Below are positions 10,975 to 21,529 of a stretch of DNA of 64,000 nt, in pieces; within the stretch, counting starts at the first letter, position 1, and every line of letters begins with the position of its first letter. This DNA is from Pseudomonadota bacterium. Its GTDB lineage: Bacteria; Pseudomonadota; Gammaproteobacteria; Acidiferrobacterales; UBA6901. The translations under genes were made by a program, and so were the position numbers. The notes under the pieces were generated by a model. That model did no database searches. It saw only the letters and a program-made list of their open reading frames with translations, and had not been told where the DNA came from. The DNA lies in assembly GCA_021790335.1 (NCBI GenBank), contig JAJYEE010000001.1, positions 29,873 to 93,872 of the forward strand. The letters run 5' to 3'.

Positions 10975-10984
10975 GGGGGGGGGG
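10975..10984. repeat. G10 homopolymer tract in the sucB-lpdA spacer
   Basis: Read directly: gcgaGGGGGGGGGGttccgaatcgg, starting 4 nt after the sucB stop. Confidence 0.9.
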
Positions 10985-11054
10985 TTCCGAATCGGTCCGA
11001 CACGAGACTGCGATGCAAGTGGGAGCGGGGCGGCGGACACTGAAGTTAGACTAA

Positions 11055-12509
<1,455 letters not shown>

Positions 12510-12606
12510 CCACAGCCACATGCAGGCCGGCGCGCGCCAGGGACATGCTGCATTGTCGTGGGGTAGAATGGCGCATTGACGGCAAAACTCTCACGATAGA
12601 ATCTAC

Positions 12607-13776
12607 ATGAATCTCCACGAATATCAGGCAAAGCGGCTGCTCGCCGAGCATGGAGCGGCTGTTCCCGAACATCGTGTTGTGGACAGCCCGGATACTGCGC
12701 GCACAGCCATTGCCGAACTGGGTGGCCAGCGCTGGGTGATTAAGGCTCAGGTGCATGCCGGTGGCCGCGGCAAGGCCGGTGGTGTCAGGATTGTCTCGGA
12801 ACCGGCCGAGGCGATGAAAGTGGTGACTTCCATGCTGGGCTCGCGTCTAGTCACCGGTCAGACCGACCGGCGCGGGCAGCCTATTAACCATGTGCTGATC
12901 GAGCGGCCATCGGACATCGTCCGGGAACTGTATGTCGGGGTTGTCATCGATCGTTCGCGCCAGCGACTGGTGGTCATGGCTTCGACCGAGGGTGGCGTGG
13001 AGATTGAGAAAGTAGCGCATGATGCGCCCGACAAGATTCTGCAGGCGGTTGTACACCCGCTGGTCGGCCTGCAGCCCTATCAGTGCCGTGAGCTCGGCTT
13101 CGCGCTCGGTCTGCATCCGGAGCAGTTGTCGCAACTCACCCGCATCCTCTCCGGAATGACCCGGCTGTTCGTCGAGAAGGATCTGAGCCTGCTGGAGGTC
13201 AATCCGCTGGCGGTAACGAAGGACGGCGGTCTAATCTGTCTCGACGCCAAGGCAAACGTGGACGATAACGCACTGTATCGCCAACCGGTCCTGGCAGCGC
13301 TGCGAGATTCGAGCCAGGAGGACGAGCGCGAAGCGCGTGCTAGGAAATGGGACCTCAATTACATTGCTCTTGACGGCAACATCGGCTGCATGGTGAATGG
13401 CGCCGGACTGGCAATGGCTACCATGGACCTGATCAAGCTGCATGGTGGCAATCCGGCAAATTTTCTCGACGTCGGCGGGTCCACGACCCGGGAGCGCGTG
13501 GCTGAGGCCTTCAAGATCATCCTGGCGGATGCGAATGTGCGGGGAGTTCTGGTCAATATTTTCGGCGGGATCGTACGCTGCGACATGATTGCGGAGGGCA
13601 TCGTTGGTGCCGTCGCGGAAGTCGGCATAGGGGTGCCAGTCGTGGTGCGCTTAGCAGGCAACCATGCTGAGCGCGGCCGGGAAATCCTGGATCACAGCGG
13701 GCTGCGGATTACCGCAGCCAGTGGGCTGGCTGAGGCTGCGCGCGCAATCGTCGCGGCCGTGACGGGGGTTGCATGA
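12607..13776 (+). CDS. sucC: succinyl-CoA synthetase beta subunit
   Basis: [51 protein letters not shown]. 389 aa. Confidence 0.95.
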   Translation: MNLHEYQAKRLLAEHGAAVPEHRVVDSPDTARTAIAELGGQRWVIKAQVHAGGRGKAGGVRIVSEPAEAMKVVTSMLGSRLVTGQTDRRGQPINHVLIERPSDIVRELYVGVVIDRSRQRLVVMASTEGGVEIEKVAHDAPDKILQAVVHPLVGLQPYQCRELGFALGLHPEQLSQLTRILSGMTRLFVEKDLSLLEVNPLAVTKDGGLICLDAKANVDDNALYRQPVLAALRDSSQEDEREARARKWDLNYIALDGNIGCMVNGAGLAMATMDLIKLHGGNPANFLDVGGSTTRERVAEAFKIILADANVRGVLVNIFGGIVRCDMIAEGIVGAVAEVGIGVPVVVRLAGNHAERGREILDHSGLRITAASGLAEAARAIVAAVTGVA

Positions 13777-14657
13777 GCATCCTCGTCGACAAGAACACTA
13801 AGGTGATCTGCCAGGGGTTTACCGGAAAGCAAGGCACTTTTCATTCTGAGCAGGCAATAGCCTACGGCACGCGCATGGTGGGAGGCGTGACGCCCGGAAA
13901 GGGAGGAAGTAGCCATCTCGGATTGCCGGTGTTCAACACGGTCAGGGATGCGGTAGCCAAGACAGGTGCCGATGCCAGCGTGATCTATGTGCCGGCCGCC
14001 TTTTGCAAGGATGCAATCATCGAGGCGGCCGAGGCTGGAATTGCTCTTATTGTATGCATCACGGAGGGTGTTCCGATACGCGATATGCTCGAGGCCCGCA
14101 TCGTGGTCAGAGAGGCCGGTGCCCGCCTGATCGGACCCAACTGTCCGGGCATCATCACACCGGGTGAGTGCAAAATCGGTATCATGCCCGGCTCGATCCA
14201 TTTGCCGGGAAAGGCAGGTATCGTGTCGCGTTCCGGAACGCTTACGTACGAAGCCGTTCAGCAGACTACCGATCTAGGTCTCGGGCAGAGCACCTGCGTC
14301 GGAATCGGCGGCGATCCGATTCCGGGCATGAGTTTCATCGATTGCCTTGAGCTTTTTCAGGCTGATCCACAGACTGAGGCTATCCTGATGGTCGGCGAGA
14401 TTGGCGGCAGCGCGGAGGAGGAGGCGGCTGCCCACATCGCCGCGCATGTTTCCAAGCCAGTGGTTGCCTATATTGCCGGTGTCACAGCTCCCCCCGGCCG
14501 GCGGATGGGCCATGCGGGGGCGATCATAAGCGGTGGTCGGGGGACGGCGGCGGAAAAGTTCGCCGCCCTAGAAGCTGCAGGTGTCGTCACCGTCCGGTCG
14601 CCGGCCGAGATGGGTAGTGCGTTACTTGCAACGCTTTCTGCGAGCCGCCGGCGCTGA
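13773..14657 (+). CDS. sucD: succinyl-CoA synthetase alpha subunit
   Basis: ATGA overlap with suc[30 protein letters not shown], and the phosphohistidine loop [13 protein letters not shown]. Confidence 0.95.
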   Translation: MSILVDKNTKVICQGFTGKQGTFHSEQAIAYGTRMVGGVTPGKGGSSHLGLPVFNTVRDAVAKTGADASVIYVPAAFCKDAIIEAAEAGIALIVCITEGVPIRDMLEARIVVREAGARLIGPNCPGIITPGECKIGIMPGSIHLPGKAGIVSRSGTLTYEAVQQTTDLGLGQSTCVGIGGDPIPGMSFIDCLELFQADPQTEAILMVGEIGGSAEEEAAAHIAAHVSKPVVAYIAGVTAPPGRRMGHAGAIISGGRGTAAEKFAALEAAGVVTVRSPAEMGSALLATLSASRRR

Positions 14658-14725
14658 AGTTGGGGTGTACGGGAGTATGTCCGGAGCGGCAAGCCGGGGT
14701 GCACGTGGTCGGGGTGACCGGCATC

Positions 14726-15664
14726 ATGCCAATCATTGAACAGGACAGTTGGCGCGAGCAGTACTTCGAGGGAGTCGACTGTCCGGCAGAGATCGTCATT
14801 CCGACGGACGATGAGTATGCCTATCGCTTATTTCCGGCGTATCGCTGGGTCTACAACAAACTGCTGATCTGTCAGACGCAGGGGTTGGAACATGCGCCAC
14901 ATGGCATTACGCCGCCGCACTTTCCTGTATTCAGCAAGCCAGTGTATAACCTGCGCGGCATGGGGGCGGGTAGCCGCATCATTGCATCGCTCGAAGAGTA
15001 CGAGCGTTTCCAGCAACCCGGACACCTGTGGATGTCGCTGCTGCACGGGGAACATGTAAGCAGCGATGCCGCACTCATTGACGGAGAACCGGTCTGGTGG
15101 CGCCACGCCTTGGCCAGAACGCTCAAGGAGGGCATGTTCGATTACTGGACAGTGCTTGCCGAGCCGCGTCCCAAAATCGAAGCCTACTGCGGCAATTGGC
15201 TGCGGTGTAACCTCAAGGGATATTCCGGCTGCGTAAATTTCGAGACGATCAGCGGGACAATCATCGAGGTGCATCTGCGTTTCGCAGATCAGTGGCCAGA
15301 CCTTTACGGCGACGGCTGGATACAGTCTGTGGTCGACCTCTATGCGAACCGGAACTGGAGTTATCCCGATCGATGTCGTCGCACGGGTTACAGCGTGGTT
15401 CTTTTTGGGGAACCTGGTTCACCGTTTCCCCGGGTCGATCACAGCTCGGTTTCCTGTCTGCTTTCACATCCGGAAATTTCTAGCATTCAGATAACGTTTG
15501 ATACCGGACGGCCTCCGCACAGCCACGCCATGCCTCCCGGGGGGCCAAGGCTTGCGGTCGTAAATTGCTGGGATCTTGGAGTCGGCATCGAGATGCGCGA
15601 GCGTCTTGCCATGCTGATGGAGCCGCAGCCGCGGACCCTGTGTCCTGGGCGCTTAGGGGCATGA
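14726..15664 (+). CDS. uncharacterised ATP-grasp-like protein
   Basis: Starts 69 nt after the sucD stop, same strand. PVFSKPVYNLRGMGAGSRII, GEHVSSDAALIDGEPVW and VNFETISGTIIEVHLRFADQW resemble the central and C-terminal lobes of ATP-grasp ligases. The family assignment is by eye only. Confidence 0.5.
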   Translation: MPIIEQDSWREQYFEGVDCPAEIVIPTDDEYAYRLFPAYRWVYNKLLICQTQGLEHAPHGITPPHFPVFSKPVYNLRGMGAGSRIIASLEEYERFQQPGHLWMSLLHGEHVSSDAALIDGEPVWWRHALARTLKEGMFDYWTVLAEPRPKIEAYCGNWLRCNLKGYSGCVNFETISGTIIEVHLRFADQWPDLYGDGWIQSVVDLYANRNWSYPDRCRRTGYSVVLFGEPGSPFPRVDHSSVSCLLSHPEISSIQITFDTGRPPHSHAMPPGGPRLAVVNCWDLGVGIEMRERLAMLMEPQPRTLCPGRLGA

Positions 15665-15809
15665 TCTGTACCGGAACGAAAGTCGAAAAACGGAATGCGG
15701 GCTGAAGTCCATGATGCTTTGCCGGTCTCCCGCTCCGTCACGATCGGGTTAGCTCAAGGAATCGGGTGATCGGATCCTGACAAATCAGCATAACTAAATC
15801 AGAGGTCAC

Positions 15810-16238
15810 ATGCGAAGCTACGTCCGTTATCCGTCTGGTATGCCCGTATCTGTGTCGCTTGAGGAGGTAGTAGCCAGCGAGACCCTTTACCTCAACAACA
15901 TCAGTCGCGGTGGCCTGTCGTTCAACTCCATGGTCGCGCTCAAGGTCGGCACTGTTATCCGGCTGCGCATACCTCCGAACCGGCCGTTTTTCGAGGTTCT
16001 TGGGAAGGTTATATGGTGCAAGAAAATGTCATTGCAGTACGTAATCGGGGTTGAATTCATCAATGCGGATGACAAGGCGCGGACACAGATTATCGAGATG
16101 GTTTTTCGCATCGATGAGTATCGGCGCAAACTTCTAGAGCAGGAAGGCCGGGGCCTCACACACCAGCAGGCCGCTCTTGAATGGATAGAGAAGTGTTGGG
16201 CCGACTTCGTTGCGGGCTCGGGACCGGACAGGCGCTGA
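15810..16238 (+). CDS. single-domain PilZ protein with conserved C-terminal helix (canonical c-di-GMP motifs)
   Basis: RSYVR (RxxxR) at residues 2-6 and NISRGG (NxSxxG), followed by a beta-barrel-like core. C-terminus YRRKLLEQEGRGLTHQQAALEWIEKCWADF. RBS AGAGG upstream. Confidence 0.75.
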   Translation: MRSYVRYPSGMPVSVSLEEVVASETLYLNNISRGGLSFNSMVALKVGTVIRLRIPPNRPFFEVLGKVIWCKKMSLQYVIGVEFINADDKARTQIIEMVFRIDEYRRKLLEQEGRGLTHQQAALEWIEKCWADFVAGSGPDRR

Positions 16239-16292
16239 AGCGGCGGACTGCGGCCGAGTCCCGGCGTACGCTTTGCTTCGAGGAGACTTGTC

Positions 16293-17306
16293 ATGAACAG
16301 CGTCGAGCTACCGAGCTCAATGCGTGCTGTCGCGATAACCGCCCACGGCGGACCCGAAGTTCTTGTCGTTGGTGCTCACGCGATACCAACACCCGGTGCG
16401 GGAGAAGTCGTGATCAGGGTTGCAGCCGCCGGCGTCAACCGCCCCGATATCCTCCAGCGCAAGGGTCTATATCCGCCTCCGGCCGGTGTGACCCGGATCC
16501 CTGGACTCGAGATTGCCGGTACCGTTGTCGGACTCGGACCGGAAACCCGTTTTTGGCACATGGGCGACCGGGTGTGTGCGCTCGTGTCCGGAGGCGGTTA
16601 CGCCGAGTTTTGCATTGCCTCCGGGGAACAGTGTCTGCCGGTCCCGCGCGGCTTGAGCATGACGGAGGCAGCGTCATTGCCTGAGACATTTTTTACTGTG
16701 TGGAGCAATGTGTTCGACCGGGCGGCAATACGGTCGGGCGAGAGCCTGTTCGTCCAGGGGGGTGCTAGCGGGATTGGGGTATGTGCGATACAACTGGCAC
16801 ACGCTTTCGGTCTGCGGGTGTTCGCCACTGCCGGCAGTGCCGAGAAATGCCTCGCCTGCGAGCGCCTGGGCGCGGAACGTGCAATCAACTACAGGACGGA
16901 GGATTTTGTCGCGGTAACGAACGCGCTCACGGAAGGCCGTGGTGTTGACGTAATCCTCGATATGGTAGGCGGGGACTACGTCCGCAGGGAACTGCAGATG
17001 CTGGCCGATGATGGACGCCTGGTTTTCATCTCCTATCTGGGTGGGCGCGAAGCGACAGTGGACATCGATCTGGTGCTGCGGCGCCGACTGGTGCTCACCG
17101 GATCGACATTGCGTTCGCGTCCGGTTGAGGTCAAGGCGGCAATCGCGCGTTCGTTGCGCACCCAAGTTTGGCCGCTGCTCGAGAATGGTCGGGTGCGTCC
17201 CGTGGTGCACGCGACCTTCTCCTTGGAGCAGGCAGCCGACGCCCACGCCATGATTGAGAGCGGAACCCATATCGGAAAAATCGTCTTGCAGGTCGCCGCG
17301 GACTGA
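16293..17306 (+). CDS. NAD(P)H:quinone oxidoreductase (zeta-crystallin/PIG3-type MDR)
   Basis: VAAAGVNRPDILQRKGLYPPP, nucleotide fold VQGGASGIGVCAIQLA, C-terminal SGTHIGKIVL. Confidence 0.85.
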   Translation: MNSVELPSSMRAVAITAHGGPEVLVVGAHAIPTPGAGEVVIRVAAAGVNRPDILQRKGLYPPPAGVTRIPGLEIAGTVVGLGPETRFWHMGDRVCALVSGGGYAEFCIASGEQCLPVPRGLSMTEAASLPETFFTVWSNVFDRAAIRSGESLFVQGGASGIGVCAIQLAHAFGLRVFATAGSAEKCLACERLGAERAINYRTEDFVAVTNALTEGRGVDVILDMVGGDYVRRELQMLADDGRLVFISYLGGREATVDIDLVLRRRLVLTGSTLRSRPVEVKAAIARSLRTQVWPLLENGRVRPVVHATFSLEQAADAHAMIESGTHIGKIVLQVAAD

Positions 17307-17359
17307 CCGTTAGCGGTACTTTTATGCGGTAGGCATGGTGATACCACGGAGTTACAACA

Positions 17360-18139
17360 ATGAAATTTTCGGCCAGGTCGAGCGGTATGTCAGCCAGTAA
17401 TGCCGCAGGCGGGAACTCAAGGTTGGCACACGTTGCTCTGGTGCTAGCGATCACAGCCGCAACACTTTCCGTCATGTCGGGTTTTGGTCATCGCTTCGGC
17501 CTATGGTCGTTCACCGTAGGCTTTGCGGTCTTGGGTGGGGCAGCATGTCTTGCCATCGTCGCCAGTGTGTCGGGGCTCGCGGCCCTGATAGGGGCAGGCA
17601 CGGGCGGCGCGCGACGCGCTAAAATTATGGCCATCGCGAGTCTTGCCGTGAGCCTTCCAGTCTTCGCTGTGCCGCTCCACTGGCTTTACCTTGCACGTAG
17701 TCTTCCGCCCATCCACGATATCACGACTGACACGCGTAATCCGCCGAACTTTGTAGCGATCCTGCCGCTGCGGCGCCTCGCACCGGACTCAAGCGTCTAC
17801 GGGGGTCCTCGGGTCGCCGCGCTACAGAGGCGCGCATACCCTGACATCAGGCCCACGGTACTGCCTGTTTCGCCGGCTGAGGCGTTCCAGGACGCACTTA
17901 ACGCGGCGCGTTCTCTCGGTTGGCATATTGTTGCTGCTGTCCCGCAGGATGGCCGCATCGAGGCGACCGATTCCACTTTCTGGTTCGGTTTTACGGACGA
18001 TATTGTGGTGCGTGTCCGACCGGTGGCGGCCGGCGCGCGAGTCGACCTGCGCTCGACATCGCGTGTCGGTCTCAGTGATCTCGGCACCAACGCGCGTCGT
18101 ATCCGCACCTTCCTGAAAGTGCTACGCGCACATTCTTAG
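17360..18139 (+). CDS. DUF1499-family membrane protein
   Basis: Three or four N-terminal hydrophobic helices, then PPIHDITTD...RIEATDSTFWFGFTDDIVVRVRP...DLRSTSRVGLSDLGTNARRIRTFL, the pattern I associate with DUF1499. Confidence 0.65.
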   Translation: MKFSARSSGMSASNAAGGNSRLAHVALVLAITAATLSVMSGFGHRFGLWSFTVGFAVLGGAACLAIVASVSGLAALIGAGTGGARRAKIMAIASLAVSLPVFAVPLHWLYLARSLPPIHDITTDTRNPPNFVAILPLRRLAPDSSVYGGPRVAALQRRAYPDIRPTVLPVSPAEAFQDALNAARSLGWHIVAAVPQDGRIEATDSTFWFGFTDDIVVRVRPVAAGARVDLRSTSRVGLSDLGTNARRIRTFLKVLRAHS

Positions 18140-18454
18140 CGCCCTGCTATCCGATTCATGAGACCGCATCACAGCCAGTTTGTGTGACGTGCGCTGATTC
18201 GAGGGTCGAAATCGGCAAGTCAATGTTCCCGTGTGTTTACCGGTCTTGACTACCCGGATCGGCGAGCTTGCTGAAGGCGGGTTGCGCGCATCGGAGCCCG
18301 AGTCCTTGGGTGCTGGTAAGTCAGCCGGCGTGTATCTGGGCGGCCATTCTGTCAGGAATGGCGAGCCGCAGCGGTAAGGGGATGTGCTTGCATCTGGCAT
18401 GTTTTCTGCATGACCTGATTTGTGGTGGCAACTGTCACCAAGGGGAAGGGGGTC

Positions 18455-18883
18455 ATGCAGAATACGAACTTGGATCCGGAGGGCATCGAGACCCGGTTGC
18501 GCCTCGACACCGTTGTAGTCGGTGACGGCGATTATCTGCGCGAAATCGGGCCCACGGGGCTGGTGTTTGCTTCAAGATTGGCGCTGAATTCTGGCGCTGC
18601 CATTGAGTTGCATGTTCCGATTGCATTGCCGGCCCTGGAGACCGATGGCCGTGTAGTCTGGTGCAGGCCCGAGCAGGATCATTTCATCGTCTGCGTCGAG
18701 TTCTCGCGCAGGATCGACCGCTTCCGGGCACGAATGATTTGGCAGGTGTACCGCATTGAGCACTACCGGAAAACGGTGCAGGAACGCGAGGGGCGCGAAT
18801 TGACACGCCAGGAGGCCGCGGTCGAGTGGATCAAACTGTACGCCCCTGACTTTCCGAAGCTTGACGATTTTCCGAAGCAGTGA
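18455..18883 (+). CDS. PilZ-like paralog of 15810-16238 with degenerate c-di-GMP motifs
   Basis: Aligns to the first PilZ through GRVVWCRPEQDHFIVCVEF and the tail HYRKTVQEREGRELTRQEAAVEWIKLYAPDF. It has TRLRL instead of RxxxR and EIGPTG instead of D/NxSxxG. A G-rich RBS (GGGGAAGGGGG) precedes the ATG at 18455; the ORF opens at 18422. Confidence 0.7.
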   Translation: MQNTNLDPEGIETRLRLDTVVVGDGDYLREIGPTGLVFASRLALNSGAAIELHVPIALPALETDGRVVWCRPEQDHFIVCVEFSRRIDRFRARMIWQVYRIEHYRKTVQEREGRELTRQEAAVEWIKLYAPDFPKLDDFPKQ

Positions 18884-19201
18884 GCGGCGCTGCCGCCGGT
18901 AATGCCTGTACCTTTGGCCTCGTAGGGCATTTTGCATCCGCGATCCGTACGATCCCGTTTCCTGTCTGGACATCGTACCGCCGTGCTGCGGAACTGTGTA
19001 CGAATTCCCGGTTCCGCCATGGCTGCGATGGTCACACCGACATTACGCCGACTTCCGGAGTTTTCACGCAAAATCGAGCTGTCGGGCATGCGCCCGGCGC
19101 TTATATGTCTCGGTTGAAAGACGGTTTTGCCCTGGATCAATACTAAATTTATACTGCTGAGTGACTCGCCCCCGAACTGGGTGCGGTATCACGGAGAAGT
19201 C

Positions 19202-20248
19202 ATGCGTCCTTTGCATCTGCTTTCCATTTTGGACCGGGAATTCACCAGCGCCCGGGACGGCCACCATACGCCAGTGATGTTGTGGGGGCCGCCTGGGGTA
19301 GGAAAATCCCAGATGGTCGCGCAGGTCGCCTTCCGACATGCCGTGTCTGTCATAGATATCCGCCTGTCGCAAATGGAGCCGACCGATTTGCGAGGAATAC
19401 CATTTCGGGTCAATGACCTGGTGGAATGGGCGATCCCCGCGATGCTGCCGGACGCCGGACGCCATGGCAAGGCCGGCATCCTGTTCCTTGACGAGATCAC
19501 TTCGGCCGCGCCCACGGTTTCGGCAGCGGCCTATCAGCTCATTCTCGACCGGCGCCTCGGTGCCTACCGGGTTCCGGATGGGTGGGCGATATTCGCCGCC
19601 GGCAATCGCCAAGGTGACCGCGGCGTTACCTACAGCATGCCAGCGCCGCTCGCCAACCGATTTTCCCATTTTGATGTGGATACACATCTTGACGACTGGG
19701 TGAGCTGGGCGTATGCCAATGGCATAGACGAACGTATCGTCGCATTTCTGAGATTCAGGCCAGAGTTGCTGTTCGACTTCGACCCGGCGCACAATCCCGT
19801 TGCGTTCCCAAGCCCCCGCTCTTGGGAATTTGCACATCGCGCGCTGCACAAGTTCGGCGATCAGCCCGAACTTCTGCGTGGTGCGTTGCAGGCATGTGTC
19901 GGGCCGGCAGCAGCCATCGAGCTGCAGGCTTTCATCGACAATCTCGACAATCTTCCGGACATCGACGCAATAATCGGCGGAGCGACCGTGCCGGTACCGC
20001 GCGAGACTGATCTTCAATATGCAGTGGCGAGTGCACTTGTGGGACGCGCACTGCGCGTACGGAACAGTCCCGAAGAAAGTCTGGTCTACGGGCATATCCT
20101 CGACTATGCGACGAGGTTTCCACAGCGCGAGATGGGCGTGATGCTGGTTTCGGACATGCAGCGCGCCGTGGGGCGCAAGTTGTTTTCGCTCCCGCAGTTC
20201 GGCAGTTGGGCAAAGCACATCGCAGACGTAATGCTTTTCGACATGTAA
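19202..20248 (+). CDS. MoxR-like AAA+ ATPase (AAA_5 type)
   Basis: Walker A LWGPPGVGKSQ, Walker B ILFLDEITSA, then LILDRRLG...IFAAGNRQGDRG...PLANRF. RBS GGAGAAG before the ATG at 19202. Confidence 0.85.
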   Translation: MRPLHLLSILDREFTSARDGHHTPVMLWGPPGVGKSQMVAQVAFRHAVSVIDIRLSQMEPTDLRGIPFRVNDLVEWAIPAMLPDAGRHGKAGILFLDEITSAAPTVSAAAYQLILDRRLGAYRVPDGWAIFAAGNRQGDRGVTYSMPAPLANRFSHFDVDTHLDDWVSWAYANGIDERIVAFLRFRPELLFDFDPAHNPVAFPSPRSWEFAHRALHKFGDQPELLRGALQACVGPAAAIELQAFIDNLDNLPDIDAIIGGATVPVPRETDLQYAVASALVGRALRVRNSPEESLVYGHILDYATRFPQREMGVMLVSDMQRAVGRKLFSLPQFGSWAKHIADVMLFDM

Positions 20249-20253
20249 GGGCC

Positions 20254-21495
20254 ATGGTCACGAGGGATGATGTTGAAACCAAGCTGGCGGCGGCAAGGGC
20301 GCGGTTGATTCTCGACAAGCCGTTTCTTGGGGCGCTGGTGCTGCGATTGCCAGTGGTTGCGGCCGACCCGGCATGGTGTGCGACTACGGCAACCGATGCG
20401 CGCGCCTTCTACTATAATCGCGATTACATCGGCGCTCTCAGTCTGGAACAAACCCAGTTCGTCCTCGCACATGAGGCGCTGCACTGTGCGCTGTCCCATT
20501 TCACGCGACGCCAGCACCGGGTAAAGCGACGCTGGGACCTTGCATGCGACTACGCCGTCAACCCACTGCTGGTGGGCGATGGCCTGACGCCGTCGCCAGG
20601 GGTTGTGCTGTTTGACTGTTACGATGGATTGACTGCTGAGGAGATTTATCCCTGCATACGGGAGAATGACGAGCAGGAACCTCTCGACCAGCACCTTTAT
20701 GATGAGAATGACAGCCGCCGCGACGACGGATCTGGTAGCGGAGGGTACGGCGACGATAATCGCGGCCGGAAATCGAATGAACCCGAACCCCGGGACCGCG
20801 ACGGTGAGATGGCATCGGAAGCCAAGCGCGATGGCGCCGCAATGCCGGCACCGCTGACTGAAAGTGAGCGTGAAACTATGGGTGTGCAGTGGCGCCAACG
20901 CTTGGCCGGTGCGGCGCAGCAGGCCATGCAGAGCGGCAAGCTTACTGCTTCGATGGCGCGCCTGGTTGATCATCTGCTTCAGCCGCAACTGCCGTGGCGC
21001 ATGATGCTGGCGCGATATATGAGCGCCAGCGCACGCGATGACTATAGTTTCATGCGGCCTTCGCGGCGCGAGGGTGCGGCCCTGCTGCCTAGCCTGCGCA
21101 GCTCGCAGGTTGAACTCGCAATAGTTCTCGACACCAGCGGTTCCATCGGGGATACGGAAATGCGCGAATTTCTGGCGGAGGTTGACGCGCTGAAGGGGCA
21201 GCTGCGGGCAAGGGTTACGCTGCTTGGCTGCGACGACCGGCTCAGCGAAGATGGCCCGTGGCGATACGAACCGTGGGAAGAGCTGAGGTTGCCCGAAACC
21301 CTTGCGGGCGGCGGCGGTACCAGCTTTATTCCACCGTTCGATTGGCTGAAAAGGCAGGATCGTCAACCGGATCTGGTGCTTTATTTTACCGATGCCGACG
21401 GCGAATTTCCGCAGGATGCACCGTTTTTCCCGGTGATCTGGCTGGTGAAAGGGAAGGCGCCTGTGCCCTGGGGGCAGCGGGTCCAGCTGAATTAG
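20254..21495 (+). CDS. VWA-domain protein with N-terminal putative zinc metallopeptidase domain (DUF2201-type)
   Basis: Starts 6 nt after the MoxR stop. HExxH in VLAHEALHCALSH, an acidic low-complexity linker, and a C-terminal VWA with MIDAS-like VLDTSGSI and LYFTDADGEFP. Confidence 0.85.
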   Translation: MVTRDDVETKLAAARARLILDKPFLGALVLRLPVVAADPAWCATTATDARAFYYNRDYIGALSLEQTQFVLAHEALHCALSHFTRRQHRVKRRWDLACDYAVNPLLVGDGLTPSPGVVLFDCYDGLTAEEIYPCIRENDEQEPLDQHLYDENDSRRDDGSGSGGYGDDNRGRKSNEPEPRDRDGEMASEAKRDGAAMPAPLTESERETMGVQWRQRLAGAAQQAMQSGKLTASMARLVDHLLQPQLPWRMMLARYMSASARDDYSFMRPSRREGAALLPSLRSSQVELAIVLDTSGSIGDTEMREFLAEVDALKGQLRARVTLLGCDDRLSEDGPWRYEPWEELRLPETLAGGGGTSFIPPFDWLKRQDRQPDLVLYFTDADGEFPQDAPFFPVIWLVKGKAPVPWGQRVQLN

Positions 21496-21529
21496 GGGGC
21501 GGGCCGCAATTGCGCCGTATGAGCAAGTC

